A stretch of 64,000 bases of DNA from Candidatus Bilamarchaeum dharawalense (GTDB lineage Archaea > Micrarchaeota > Micrarchaeia > Anstonellales > Bilamarchaeaceae): NCBI GenBank assembly GCA_902386555.1, contig CABMJJ010000009.1:25680-89679 (forward strand). The letters run 5' to 3'. The notes under the pieces were generated by a model. It made no database searches, was not told where the DNA came from, and was given only the letters and a program-made list of their open reading frames with translations. Made by a program: the position numbers and the translations under genes. The stretch's first letter is position 1. The number at the start of each line of letters is the position of its first letter. Below, one piece after another: positions 54,108-63,046 of the stretch.

Positions 54108-55286
54108 TTATTTGTCAAATACAAATATACCCAATGTAGCCACAATATTTGAGAGTAATATCACACCAAACGCAATTGGCTGAAAATCTTGAATCATAAT
54201 TCCGTTGGTTAGTGGCATTGTAGCAAGCACCGCAGCTGCAAGTCCTCTTGGCAATACAGATATTACGATATTTCTATCTTTTACAGGTAGATCACCCAGA
54301 GTTATTTTTTGACCTACCCACCTGGCAATCAAAAAAATAACAATTAAAACTGTCGAAACTGCTACAATTTGTTGAGTAAAGTAGGTGAGAGAGAATAATA
54401 GACCGATATAAACAAAGAAAAATGTTCTTACGAAAAATGTTATTTCCTCTTGGAACAGTTGTATTGTTGGATTTACAGTAAGGCCCACATCAAGATTCAG
54501 AAGTTTGCCTAGCTCACGTGAATTTCCAAGCACCAATCCGAAAACAAAAACTGCAAAACCACCATTTGCCTTTACTGCCTCGGTTATCGCGTATACACCG
54601 AATACCAGCGCGAGGGTAAGCATGTAGGCATATTTTGTAACTGAGAATTTCTGGATTAAAAATACCCAGGCAATTGCACAGATACAGCCAACTAAAACTG
54701 CTAAACTAAAGGATGACAGAAGCAGGTTTACAATTACTCCGGGCTCTAGTGCTTGGTTAGTAACAATAAGTTGTATCACTAAAACAGCGACAATGATGCA
54801 CAATGCATCGGTTATTGTTGATTCGACAGTGAGTAACGATTTTGTTTCACGGCCTATTTTTATTTTTTCTACCATCGTGATGACTATGGCCGAACTTGTT
54901 CCACCTACCACTGCACCCAAGAGTACTCCGTGTAATATTGGCCAGGCTAGGGCAATAGCGGTGAATGCGGTTACAAAGATTAGACCTAATATGAATACTA
55001 GGAAGGTAAATAGTGTACCTTTAGGAATGGCCTTTGCAACTGAAAAAATATCGATCATTAATCCGGCATCAAATAGCAATACTATCAGTGCAAGAGTGGC
55101 AACAAAAGGCATTATGGAAACTATGATCGAACCTTCAGATACGTCAATTATGTGAAAGATTGGACCTAGAAGAAAACCGAATGCCATAAGTAGAATTACT
55201 TGAGATATATGAACTCTTTCAAAAATGGCAGTTGCTAAGAAACCGGCAAAAATTGTCAGGCCGAGAACAAAAAAAAGTTCGTACAT
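54108..55286 (-). CDS. Cation:proton antiporter (Na+/H+ exchanger family)
   Basis: 392 aa, about 11 TM, with an LLFDAGL motif typical of the family. Confidence 0.7.
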   Translation of the reverse strand: MYELFFVLGLTIFAGFLATAIFERVHISQVILLMAFGFLLGPIFHIIDVSEGSIIVSIMPFVATLALIVLLFDAGLMIDIFSVAKAIPKGTLFTFLVFILGLIFVTAFTAIALAWPILHGVLLGAVVGGTSSAIVITMVEKIKIGRETKSLLTVESTITDALCIIVAVLVIQLIVTNQALEPGVIVNLLLSSFSLAVLVGCICAIAWVFLIQKFSVTKYAYMLTLALVFGVYAITEAVKANGGFAVFVFGLVLGNSRELGKLLNLDVGLTVNPTIQLFQEEITFFVRTFFFVYIGLLFSLTYFTQQIVAVSTVLIVIFLIARWVGQKITLGDLPVKDRNIVISVLPRGLAAAVLATMPLTNGIMIQDFQPIAFGVILLSNIVATLGIFVFDK

Positions 55287-55438
55287 ATTTTTTGTTTAGG
55301 TCTGATTGTTTAAAAGTCTACCTAGCAGTACTTGAAAAATTTAGAATGGTTCTGACGGAAAGAATACCTAGTTATTTTTTCCCTGCAAATAATTGTATTA
55401 ACACGCATGATGTTGCTTGTTTTAAGTATGATTTTAAC

Positions 55439-55580
55439 GCCGTATTGGTCAAACGGCCAAGGCGAAAATTTTTCTTAAAATTTTCGACTGTCTCGAACGC
55501 ATCAGCGTTCGAGGACAAGGCGTTTTTGTTCACTGGTCTCGCCTACGGCTCGACAGGTGAACACTTCCGGAACAAAAACG
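55439..55580. ncRNA. Candidate structured RNA / hairpin cluster in a 361-bp intergenic region
   Basis: Four perfect stems. GCCGU/ACGGC (55439-55457). CGAAAAUUUU-UCUU-AAAAUUUUCG (55463-55486). CUCGAACGC-AUCA-GCGUUCGAG (55492-55513). CGUUUUUGUUC (55521-55531) pairs with GAACAAAAACG (55570-55580), with the alternative GUUCAC/GUGAAC. Strand not determined. Confidence 0.3.
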
Positions 55581-55647
55581 ACTGTTTTGAACTATCTTCT
55601 TCTTAAAAATCAATAATATTAATAAAGTCTCGACACTAGAGAAAAGC

Positions 55648-56199
55648 ATGCAATTGGAAAAAGAATTAAACTCGCTAGAAGACGGCGAAGTGTTTCTTAT
55701 ATCTGCCCCAGGAGAAAAATTGCTTGAGGTCAACCTAAACGTCTTGACTCACCTGGTCAACAAAGGATATAGGGGGGTTATCATAACCCTGAACAATCCC
55801 TATAGCGTACTTGTAAAAATAATAGAAAAACACAAAATAGATCAATCTAAACTTTATTTTATAGACTGTATTACAAAAACCGCAGGTGGACAGGCAGTAC
55901 GTAACGAGAATACCCTATTCATATCATCCCCTGCCAATCTTACTGAACTGGGAGTGGCCGTATCACAGCTGATAGCAGCGATGCCAAAGGGAAAACAATT
56001 CGTAATGATGGACTCGCTTAGTACGCTTGCCATGTATAATTCCACAGGTTCAGTTGCGAAATTCTCTCACTTTCTAATTACAAAAATAAAACTTCATGAA
56101 GTGTCTGGGGTAATAATATCTGTCGAAGCAGAGATAGATGAACAAACAAAAACCCAGATTTCATCTTTGTGTAATAAAACAATAAGATTGGGTGATTAA
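55648..56199 (+). CDS. Degenerate KaiC/RecA-like domain protein (no Walker A)
   Basis: 183 aa. VFLISAPGEKLLEV replaces the P-loop. KLYFIDCITKTAGG parallels IKFIDCYTATLG of the 3531..4241 product. Confidence 0.45.
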   Translation: MQLEKELNSLEDGEVFLISAPGEKLLEVNLNVLTHLVNKGYRGVIITLNNPYSVLVKIIEKHKIDQSKLYFIDCITKTAGGQAVRNENTLFISSPANLTELGVAVSQLIAAMPKGKQFVMMDSLSTLAMYNSTGSVAKFSHFLITKIKLHEVSGVIISVEAEIDEQTKTQISSLCNKTIRLGD

Positions 56200-56517
56200 A
56201 TGATTGAATTGTATATTATTCTTGCAGTTATTTCGCTTCTGTTGGTGCTTGTGGCAGTTGTTTTGATGACAATGGCAGTTAGAAGATTCGTCAAAGGTGA
56301 ATTGAGATCATTTCTAACCTGGATGTTGATTGGTTTCTGGCTTATGGCAATACCCTACAGTCTCTTCATCATTAGAGAAGTTTATGTAATCAGTGGTGAA
56401 CAATCCTCGCTAGTCAGTTTGATCATATATGCCTGCATGTGCGTAGTGGCACTTTGTGTTTTGCGCGCTTCGTTCATCCTAGACAAATTTTCAAAGGTAT
56501 TTGGCTTTGCTGAATGA
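56200..56517 (+). CDS. Small membrane protein (3 TM)
   Basis: 105 aa. Its start codon directly abuts the upstream stop (TAAATG). Confidence 0.4.
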   Translation: MIELYIILAVISLLLVLVAVVLMTMAVRRFVKGELRSFLTWMLIGFWLMAIPYSLFIIREVYVISGEQSSLVSLIIYACMCVVALCVLRASFILDKFSKVFGFAE

Positions 56518-56518
56518 C

Positions 56519-57226
56519 TTAATCAAAATCTAGTCTAAAATATCTGAGTAATTTTACTCCTTTTTTATCTATTTTTAAATTTACCTGCCAGTTCTCAACA
56601 CCCTTTCCAGTTGCTTTTCTTACTGCATTTTTTATCCTAAAATTAGTTCCGTCTGTCTTAGGAGGACTGAATGGTTTGGCGTCATAGAGATAGCATAGTA
56701 GGACAATGGCCTTGTTTTTTCCAGCTGATTTTGCTAAATCCCGGTAATGTTTTATGAGTCTGTCAAAGGAATTGAATTTTGAGAAATGTTTCTGGCCTGG
56801 AAGCATAATTAGCGGAGTTTTGACTTCAATATAAAAATCGCCAACAAGAAAATCGATCCGAGAATCTCCAAGTTTTACCTCTCGCTGAATGGTGCCGGTG
56901 GGAATCATTTTTGACAGGGCACCTTTTTTCAAGAAATAATAAAGATAGTCATTTGCTTTCGATTGATTTATTCCGATCCAATTTTTGTTATGTTTACCAG
57001 GGGGACCAAGGGAAATTGCCTCAACAGTGTAGGCAGTTTTTCTATCTCCTTTAATTTTTGGTTTTGAAACTAAACATGAAACCTTATCAAAAACAATATC
57101 ACCAATACGACCAGTGGAAGGACAGTGGCATAGATAGACATGACCGTTTAGCTTGACATTCATCAGAAAACGGTTTGGACGTGATAGGATTAATCCTTCT
57201 TGAAGAGAAAGGGGGTACATTGACAT
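56519..57226 (-). CDS. sfsA: SfsA-family nuclease / sugar fermentation stimulation protein homolog
   Basis: SRPNRFLMNV...CHCPSTGRIGD...IDFLV...EVKT matches SfsA. The start is taken at the ATG in a TGATG overlap with the upstream stop. An alternative ATG is at 57220, and the track extends to 57244. Confidence 0.8.
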   Translation of the reverse strand: MSMYPLSLQEGLILSRPNRFLMNVKLNGHVYLCHCPSTGRIGDIVFDKVSCLVSKPKIKGDRKTAYTVEAISLGPPGKHNKNWIGINQSKANDYLYYFLKKGALSKMIPTGTIQREVKLGDSRIDFLVGDFYIEVKTPLIMLPGQKHFSKFNSFDRLIKHYRDLAKSAGKNKAIVLLCYLYDAKPFSPPKTDGTNFRIKNAVRKATGKGVENWQVNLKIDKKGVKLLRYFRLDFD

Positions 57227-57597
57227 CAGATAGGTATGGCACATGTATCTGGATTGACACCAACGGCTTCATAGTTTGCCAAACAATTATCCATGCAATC
57301 TGCTTTACTTTCACCACCATTGGTTGAAATGGCAAGATCAGTACAAATATCATCGCAGTCCTGTCTGAAAGTACTTGGACAACAGGTAGTTGCATCACCC
57401 AATCCTTCAGCTCGCACATCATCAAGGCAGGTGGAAACACAATTGGGAACATTCGCTTTGGTGCAGACATAGGAACATGCAGAACCATAGGTTCCATAGG
57501 GACAAAAACCTGAAGAAGATGATTCAGGAGTCAGTGCACAACAACAACCAGCAGTAAGAATGGATAACACCAAACCAAATAGAATCAATAATCGCAT
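57226..57597 (-). CDS. Secreted Cys-rich small protein with lipobox-like signal peptide
   Basis: 123 aa. MRLLILFGLVLSILTAGC, then 12 further Cys in an Asp/Thr/Gly-rich mature part. Confidence 0.5.
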   Translation of the reverse strand: MRLLILFGLVLSILTAGCCCALTPESSSSGFCPYGTYGSACSYVCTKANVPNCVSTCLDDVRAEGLGDATTCCPSTFRQDCDDICTDLAISTNGGESKADCMDNCLANYEAVGVNPDTCAIPI

Positions 57598-57636
57598 GAA
57601 TTTTTTTTACACAGGATGATTATTAAACTAAAGTAT

Positions 57637-58458
57637 TTAGTAGACAAATTTTCGTCCTCTGAAAAGCTGGAACGCCCCATCACAAATATCCGCACATACA
57701 ACCCCAGTAAAACCTGCCTCGTGAAGTTCGGCTTTTATCCTAAGGGGATCATGATTTCGTTTTTTCAACAGAGGATAGGCACGTTGGCCTTCAACAAGAA
57801 AGATAGATCCTCCCGGGTCCATTACTCGATAGGCTTCGGCATAAACAGAGGCTGGATTATCAAGATACTTTTCACCAAGAAGCATGGTAACTGTTCTAAA
57901 ATGAGAGGAAAATGGTAACCGAGCACCAGAAGAAACAGAATTTAAATTTCCAAGAAGTCTAACCAATGCAGCATTACGAAGTAACATTGCCTTTGAACCA
58001 TCCACTGCAACATCAGGAGTATAATATTCGCTTTTACCACTGGCCAGATCTATACTTGGCCCGTGAACCAGGGAGGATACGCGCAGACTAATTTCGTGAA
58101 ATTCTCGGATATCACCAAACTGCCAGGAGTTACATGCATATTGCCCCCAAAGACCAGTCGCACCCGATTGCATACTCGAGTTGCCATAGAAGTCCAATCC
58201 GGGAGTATGTTCAAATCTAAGAACCTTTCTTGCCAGCCGATCTGCGGCTTCTGGATCACCATGCATGGCGGCATTAAATGCAGACAATGCGCTAGCCCAT
58301 ACCCAGTCTTTTCGTGTTTCTGGAATTTCCACAACAACTGGGGTGACTGGTTTTGGCATATACCTATCGCTAAGTACAAGATCACGTAGGCCTTTTGGAA
58401 GTTCCATTTTGATCAGTCTTGTCTTTACCTCGACAAACTGTCGGTTAGCATTCACCAT
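57637..58458 (-). CDS. Hypothetical protein with C-terminal class-I methyltransferase-like segment
   Basis: 273 aa. VYAEAYRVMDPGGSIFLVE resembles the MTase post-II/III region, and the possible motif I (SIDLASGKS) is degenerate. TTTTATACA lies 26-34 nt upstream of the ATG. Confidence 0.35.
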   Translation of the reverse strand: MVNANRQFVEVKTRLIKMELPKGLRDLVLSDRYMPKPVTPVVVEIPETRKDWVWASALSAFNAAMHGDPEAADRLARKVLRFEHTPGLDFYGNSSMQSGATGLWGQYACNSWQFGDIREFHEISLRVSSLVHGPSIDLASGKSEYYTPDVAVDGSKAMLLRNAALVRLLGNLNSVSSGARLPFSSHFRTVTMLLGEKYLDNPASVYAEAYRVMDPGGSIFLVEGQRAYPLLKKRNHDPLRIKAELHEAGFTGVVCADICDGAFQLFRGRKFVY

Positions 58459-58539
58459 CGTATGTCTTTTACCACGAAATGTATAAAAAGGAGCGCTACC
58501 GGTTTAACTGTGCAAATGTGGTTGAAAGTGTAAATTCGC

Positions 58540-58570
58540 ATATATTTATAAACACTTCCCTACACAATAG
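58540..58570 (+). promoter_or_regulatory. Promoter module ATATATTTATAAACACT-N7-ACAATAG (copy 2)
   Basis: The 17-mer is identical to 40538-40554 and the 7-mer recurs at the same spacing. The module ends 31 nt upstream of the ATG at 58602. Confidence 0.55.
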
Positions 58571-58601
58571 ATTATTCACCAATAACTCCCGTGGTGATAA
58601 A

Positions 58602-58886
58602 ATGTCTGGAATAATAAAATCACTTTTGAAGATTACCGGTTCAAGCAGCTCTAAATCATATTTTGTTGGTTTGCACAGAGGCAGAATCTGGGCAGAAGAA
58701 TATGCTGATTATTTCGAGATGAAAGAATGGAGCGACATGGACCATGAAGAATTTGACAAGTTGCTCCTCCCACACAACGAAAAGCTTCATTTTACTCTTC
58801 TAAACCAAGAATCTCCATTGGAATGGCAGGAGTATCTTCGAGGTTGGATAGAGGGAGTAAAAGAGATAGCAGACAGTGCTTTTTAA
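58602..58886 (+). CDS. Hypothetical small acidic protein
   Basis: 94 aa from the ATG at 58602. The track's extension to 58479 would run through the promoter. Confidence 0.35.
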   Translation: MSGIIKSLLKITGSSSSKSYFVGLHRGRIWAEEYADYFEMKEWSDMDHEEFDKLLLPHNEKLHFTLLNQESPLEWQEYLRGWIEGVKEIADSAF

Positions 58887-58908
58887 ATTTTCTAGGATAA
58901 TACCGTCC

Positions 58909-59808
58909 ATGAACAAATGGATTCTGTTTTTACTTGCGGCTTTATTGGTTTTTGGATGTACAATGCCTGGAACACAAAATAATACAACACCAAAATTACA
59001 AATACCTGGGAGTACCCAACCGGAAAAATGCACGTTCCAATATTCATTCTCAGAATTGGAAACTGGTGTCCTGGGCGAGAGTTCCAGCTTAACTGCAACA
59101 GTAACCTGTGCAGCTGGAAAGGACATTGTGGTTAAATTTGATGGGGCCCAGATTGCCCAGAGCAGCATAACCACCAATGCCACAACACCCATCCAACTCG
59201 AATTTGCACCGCCGAAAGACGGTGGCTATTTACTCACGGTTGAGATTGACGGTGAGACTGTATATTCAAAAAACTGGGTGGTAAACCCAGTGGGAAATGA
59301 TAATCTACTTGGAGCAGACAGTGATGGTTTCTCATTCAAAGAATGGAGAGCAGTTGCATTCCAAACAGACAGCTCGATCACACCTGCAAGAATACGAATT
59401 TATATGAAAAGATTGGATGCCAGAACCGAGGCAGGGAACAATATACTTGTTGAATTGCGAGCAGATAATAACAACAAACCAGGGCCGTTGGTTGCGGCAA
59501 TCAGGAAGCCAACAACAGCAGCAACATTGAGTTATAATTGGATTAATTTTGATTTTACTGAACCAACAGCAATACCAGCAGGAAAATACTGGATGGTAAT
59601 GAAAGTAGAACAGACGCTTACTCCGAAACCAGTGAGTGACACACTCTATGTGCATTACAGAGTGATTAACAAGGAAGAATCAGGAAATGATTACACTAAA
59701 CAAATGATGCTGACTGTTGATCCACAAACAAGCATTACCTCAGAAACAGAGTGGCAGACCTTGCCCTATGATAAGGTTTACACAATGGTGTTAACAACAA
59801 ACAAATAA
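58909..59808 (+). CDS. Putative secreted lipoprotein, function unknown
   Basis: MNKWILFLLAALLVFGC signal/lipobox from the ATG at 58909. The mature part is Thr/Asn-rich and looks beta-rich. Confidence 0.45.
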   Translation: MNKWILFLLAALLVFGCTMPGTQNNTTPKLQIPGSTQPEKCTFQYSFSELETGVLGESSSLTATVTCAAGKDIVVKFDGAQIAQSSITTNATTPIQLEFAPPKDGGYLLTVEIDGETVYSKNWVVNPVGNDNLLGADSDGFSFKEWRAVAFQTDSSITPARIRIYMKRLDARTEAGNNILVELRADNNNKPGPLVAAIRKPTTAATLSYNWINFDFTEPTAIPAGKYWMVMKVEQTLTPKPVSDTLYVHYRVINKEESGNDYTKQMMLTVDPQTSITSETEWQTLPYDKVYTMVLTTNK

Positions 59809-60210
59809 TTATTTTTCTTCTATTTTTTTTGCGATTTCTTTTAGATGATCAAATCTTCTTTGCATATCATGTTGCATTTCTTCCAAAGTCTCACTTAGAC
59901 TGCGACCACGAAGATAGTACATTCTTCCGTCTCGAACAACCAGTCCAGAGCGCTGGAACATGTTAAGATGATAAATAACTGCGGCTTGACTTACTTCACT
60001 GAGTTGCATTATATCTCTTGAGGAAATACCAGTACCCCGCATACTTGCCTTAACCAGTGCTTTGAAAACAATAAGGCCAACGTCGTCACGCTCATCCCCT
60101 AACCCTAGACATTGATAGATGTAGTCTAGTTCAGAATTTTCATCTTCTTCCTGATTAGGAACCGAGATATAGCGAATAACTATCTGACGATAGTAGCGCC
60201 GTTGAGTCAT
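59809..60210 (-). CDS. Winged-helix transcriptional regulator (ArsR-like), divergent from grpE
   Basis: 133 aa. ISSRDIMQLSEVSQAAVIYHLNMFQRSGLVVRDGRMYYL is an HTH plus wing pattern. Confidence 0.55.
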   Translation of the reverse strand: MTQRRYYRQIVIRYISVPNQEEDENSELDYIYQCLGLGDERDDVGLIVFKALVKASMRGTGISSRDIMQLSEVSQAAVIYHLNMFQRSGLVVRDGRMYYLRGRSLSETLEEMQHDMQRRFDHLKEIAKKIEEK

Positions 60211-60261
60211 GATTTAATTGTTCACAAAAAGTTTTAAAAATCTTTCCAAATATTAAACAAT

Positions 60262-60855
60262 TTGTTAAAAGTTCAAACTAATACTTTGGGTGATTTTACG
60301 AGCGAGAAACTTGGAAATGAAAAAAAACCAGAGATTGCTGCTCCGGACGAATTGAAAATGGTGGGAGCACCAGAAGAGATGAAACTGGTGGGTGATGATG
60401 CAGAACTGCTCCAAGAGAGAGATAAAAAAATAAAAGAACTTGAAGAAAAAATAATGAGACTCCAGGCAGAATTTGAAAATTATAAAAAAAGAGTAATTAG
60501 AGAAAATGAAATGATAAAAGAAAAAGCCAATGCAGATGCCATGCTTAAGTTGCTATCCATTGCCGACGAATTTGATATGGCCATGATGCACATTGATAGT
60601 GCGTCTCCCAAGGAATTCGAACATGGTGTGGAATTGATCTATGCAAAGCTTTTGGACTTGCTGAAAAAGGACGGAGTTGAGGAAATGAAATCCATAAACG
60701 AAAAATTCGATCCTTTCAAGCATGATGCCCTGAGGCAGGCAGAAGGGGAGGATGGAAAAATCGTTGAGGTAATTCAAAAAGGATATTATATTGATGGGAA
60801 GATTTTGCGACATGCAAAAGTAGTTGTTGGTAAAGCAAAGGAGGAAAAAAGGTGA
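60262..60855 (+). CDS. grpE: Nucleotide exchange factor GrpE
   Basis: LQAEFENYKKR, then DEFDMA and the C-terminal beta domain GKILRHAKVVV. The TTG start is uncertain (first in-frame ATG at 60355). Confidence 0.85.
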   Translation: MLKVQTNTLGDFTSEKLGNEKKPEIAAPDELKMVGAPEEMKLVGDDAELLQERDKKIKELEEKIMRLQAEFENYKKRVIRENEMIKEKANADAMLKLLSIADEFDMAMMHIDSASPKEFEHGVELIYAKLLDLLKKDGVEEMKSINEKFDPFKHDALRQAEGEDGKIVEVIQKGYYIDGKILRHAKVVVGKAKEEKR

Positions 60856-60860
60856 TTTGA

Positions 60861-62738
60861 ATGGGAAAAATAATTGGTATTGATTTGGGAACTTCAAACA
60901 GTGCTGCAGCATTTTTAGAAGGCGGAAGACCGAAAATAATTCCGAGTGCTGAGGGTATTACTCAATATGGTAAAGCATTTCCAAGCTATATTGCACTTAC
61001 AAGAGATGGTCAAAGAATAATAGGTGAACCGGCAAGACGGCAAGCAGTTACCAATCCAGAGGGAACAGTTACCGCATTCAAAAGAAAGATGGGAAGCGAT
61101 TACAAATACAATATTTTTGGAAAGGATTACAGACCTCAGGAACTCTCTGCCTTCATATTACAGAAAGTCAAAAAAGATGCAGAGGAATTCTTAGGTGAAA
61201 AAGTAGATAAAGCGGTAATTACCGTACCGGCCTATTTCAATGATAATCAGAGACAGGCAACAAAAGATGCAGGTGAAATTGCAGGCCTTGAGGTTGTTAG
61301 GTTGGTAAATGAACCAACAGCAGCCTGCCTTGCCTATGGCGTGGATAAGGTTGGCAAGGACATGAAGATTCTGGTTTTCGACTTAGGTGGAGGAACCCTG
61401 GATGTTACCATCATGGAATTTGGAGGTGGAGTTTTCGAAGTAAAATCAACCAATGGTGACACTCAGCTTGGCGGAACTGATATGGATAGAATAATATCCG
61501 AATTTCTAGCGGATCAATTCCGCAAGGAAAGCGGTGTGGATATTACAAAGGATAGACAGGCGCAACAAAGAATCCTGGAAGCTGCAGAAAAAGCCAAGAT
61601 TGAACTTTCCACAGCATTGGAATCAGAAGTAAATCTGCCATTCTTAACTTCCGTGGATAATCAACCAAAACATTTTGTCTACAAACTCACAAGAGCAAAA
61701 CTTGAAGATTTGATTAGACCCGTAATAGAAAGATGCAGAGGTCCAATGGAAAATGCTCTTCGTGACGCAAGGCTAACACCAGCGGATATTGACAAAGTCA
61801 TAATGGTCGGTGGACCAACAAGAATGCCAATTGTCCAGAAATTTGTCGAAGATACTTTGGGCAAGAAGGTGGAACGGGGTGTAGACCCAATGGAATGTGT
61901 TGCCATGGGTGCAGCAGTTCAGGGAGGGGTACTTTCCGGTGAAGTCAAGGATGTTCTTCTGCTTGATGTTACGCCACTTTCATTGGGTATTGAAACCCTT
62001 GGAGGGGTGATGACAAAACTGATTGAGAGGAACACCACGATACCATCAAAAAAGAGCCAGGTTTTTTCCACTGCTGCAGATATGCAAACAGCAGTTGACA
62101 TCCACATACTACAGGGAGAAAGACCAATGGCAAAGGACAATGTTTCCCTGGGTAAATTTAGTTTGGTTGGAATACCTCCTGCCATGCGAGGAGTACCCCA
62201 GGTGGAAGTTACATTTGACATTGACGCTAATGGTATCCTGCATGTTGGTGCAAAAGACAAGGCAACTGGCAAAGAGCAGACCATGAAGGTCATTGCTCCG
62301 CTTAAGATGTCAGATTCAGAGATAAAAACAAAAATGGCAGATGCAGAAAAATTCTCTGACGAAGACAAAAAAGCCTATGAGTTGGCCACTGCTAAAAATG
62401 AAGGCGAGTCCATGCTCTATGTCACCAAAAAGACAATTGATGAATTTAAGGATAAAATGTCCAAAGAGCAGTATGACAAAATTACTACAGCCCAGGCTAA
62501 ATTAGAAGATGCAATGAAAGGAGAGGATGTTGCAAAGATACGTGCTGAGACCGAGGCCCTCAAAAAAGCATTAGAGGAAGTGGGGGGGTCCATGTATCAA
62601 CAGCAGGGCGGCCCTGAGATGGGTGGTGGATCTGGCTCGGGCGAGAGTAATGAGGCAGGTTACGAGCATATAAAAAAGGGAAAGAAGAAAAATGATGAAG
62701 ACGTGGTTGACGGAAAATATGAAAAGGTGGAGAAATAA
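60861..62738 (+). CDS. dnaK: Chaperone DnaK (Hsp70)
   Basis: 625 aa. [19 protein letters not shown] and VGGPTRMP. Confidence 0.97.
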   Translation: MGKIIGIDLGTSNSAAAFLEGGRPKIIPSAEGITQYGKAFPSYIALTRDGQRIIGEPARRQAVTNPEGTVTAFKRKMGSDYKYNIFGKDYRPQELSAFILQKVKKDAEEFLGEKVDKAVITVPAYFNDNQRQATKDAGEIAGLEVVRLVNEPTAACLAYGVDKVGKDMKILVFDLGGGTLDVTIMEFGGGVFEVKSTNGDTQLGGTDMDRIISEFLADQFRKESGVDITKDRQAQQRILEAAEKAKIELSTALESEVNLPFLTSVDNQPKHFVYKLTRAKLEDLIRPVIERCRGPMENALRDARLTPADIDKVIMVGGPTRMPIVQKFVEDTLGKKVERGVDPMECVAMGAAVQGGVLSGEVKDVLLLDVTPLSLGIETLGGVMTKLIERNTTIPSKKSQVFSTAADMQTAVDIHILQGERPMAKDNVSLGKFSLVGIPPAMRGVPQVEVTFDIDANGILHVGAKDKATGKEQTMKVIAPLKMSDSEIKTKMADAEKFSDEDKKAYELATAKNEGESMLYVTKKTIDEFKDKMSKEQYDKITTAQAKLEDAMKGEDVAKIRAETEALKKALEEVGGSMYQQQGGPEMGGGSGSGESNEAGYEHIKKGKKKNDEDVVDGKYEKVEK

Positions 62739-62740
62739 AA

Positions 62741-63037
62741 ATGACTAAGAATTATCATGAAATTTTAGGGGTTTCAAAAGATGCTGACGAAAAGCAGATC
62801 AAAAAAGCCTACCGCAGGTTGGCCCTTAAATACCACCCGGATAGAAACAAAGATGCCGATGCTGAAGAAAAATTCAAAGAAATAAATGAGGCATACGCGG
62901 TTTTGATTGGTAAGGATAAGATCGCTGAAAAACCAATTAACGAACCAGAAATGACAGAGGATGAGCTTTGGGTTGCTGGGGTCATACGCAGATGGTATGA
63001 GATGGAAAATAGTAAAGCCAACAGCAGCTACCGCTAG
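62741..63037 (+). CDS. Stand-alone J-domain protein (98 aa)
   Basis: [32 protein letters not shown] with the HPD tripeptide. No G/F region or zinc-finger domain. Confidence 0.8.
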   Translation: MTKNYHEILGVSKDADEKQIKKAYRRLALKYHPDRNKDADAEEKFKEINEAYAVLIGKDKIAEKPINEPEMTEDELWVAGVIRRWYEMENSKANSSYR

Positions 63038-63046
63038 GGTAATGAT

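Noticed and set aside
50015-55464. Integrated mobile element bounded by tRNA-Asp and its partial 3' repeats
   Set aside because: It is not called as a mobile element. The repeats are only 10-11 nt, there are no integrase, transposase or viral genes, and the cargo is ordinary transporter genes. It is reported only as a low-interest observation.
55232-55606. 124-aa plus-strand ORF covering the long intergenic region
   Set aside because: Its 5' part overlaps the start of the antiporter gene on the other strand. The remainder is Phe/Asn-rich and low-complexity and coincides with four perfect RNA stems. It is kept only as an alternative hypothesis under the structured-element finding.
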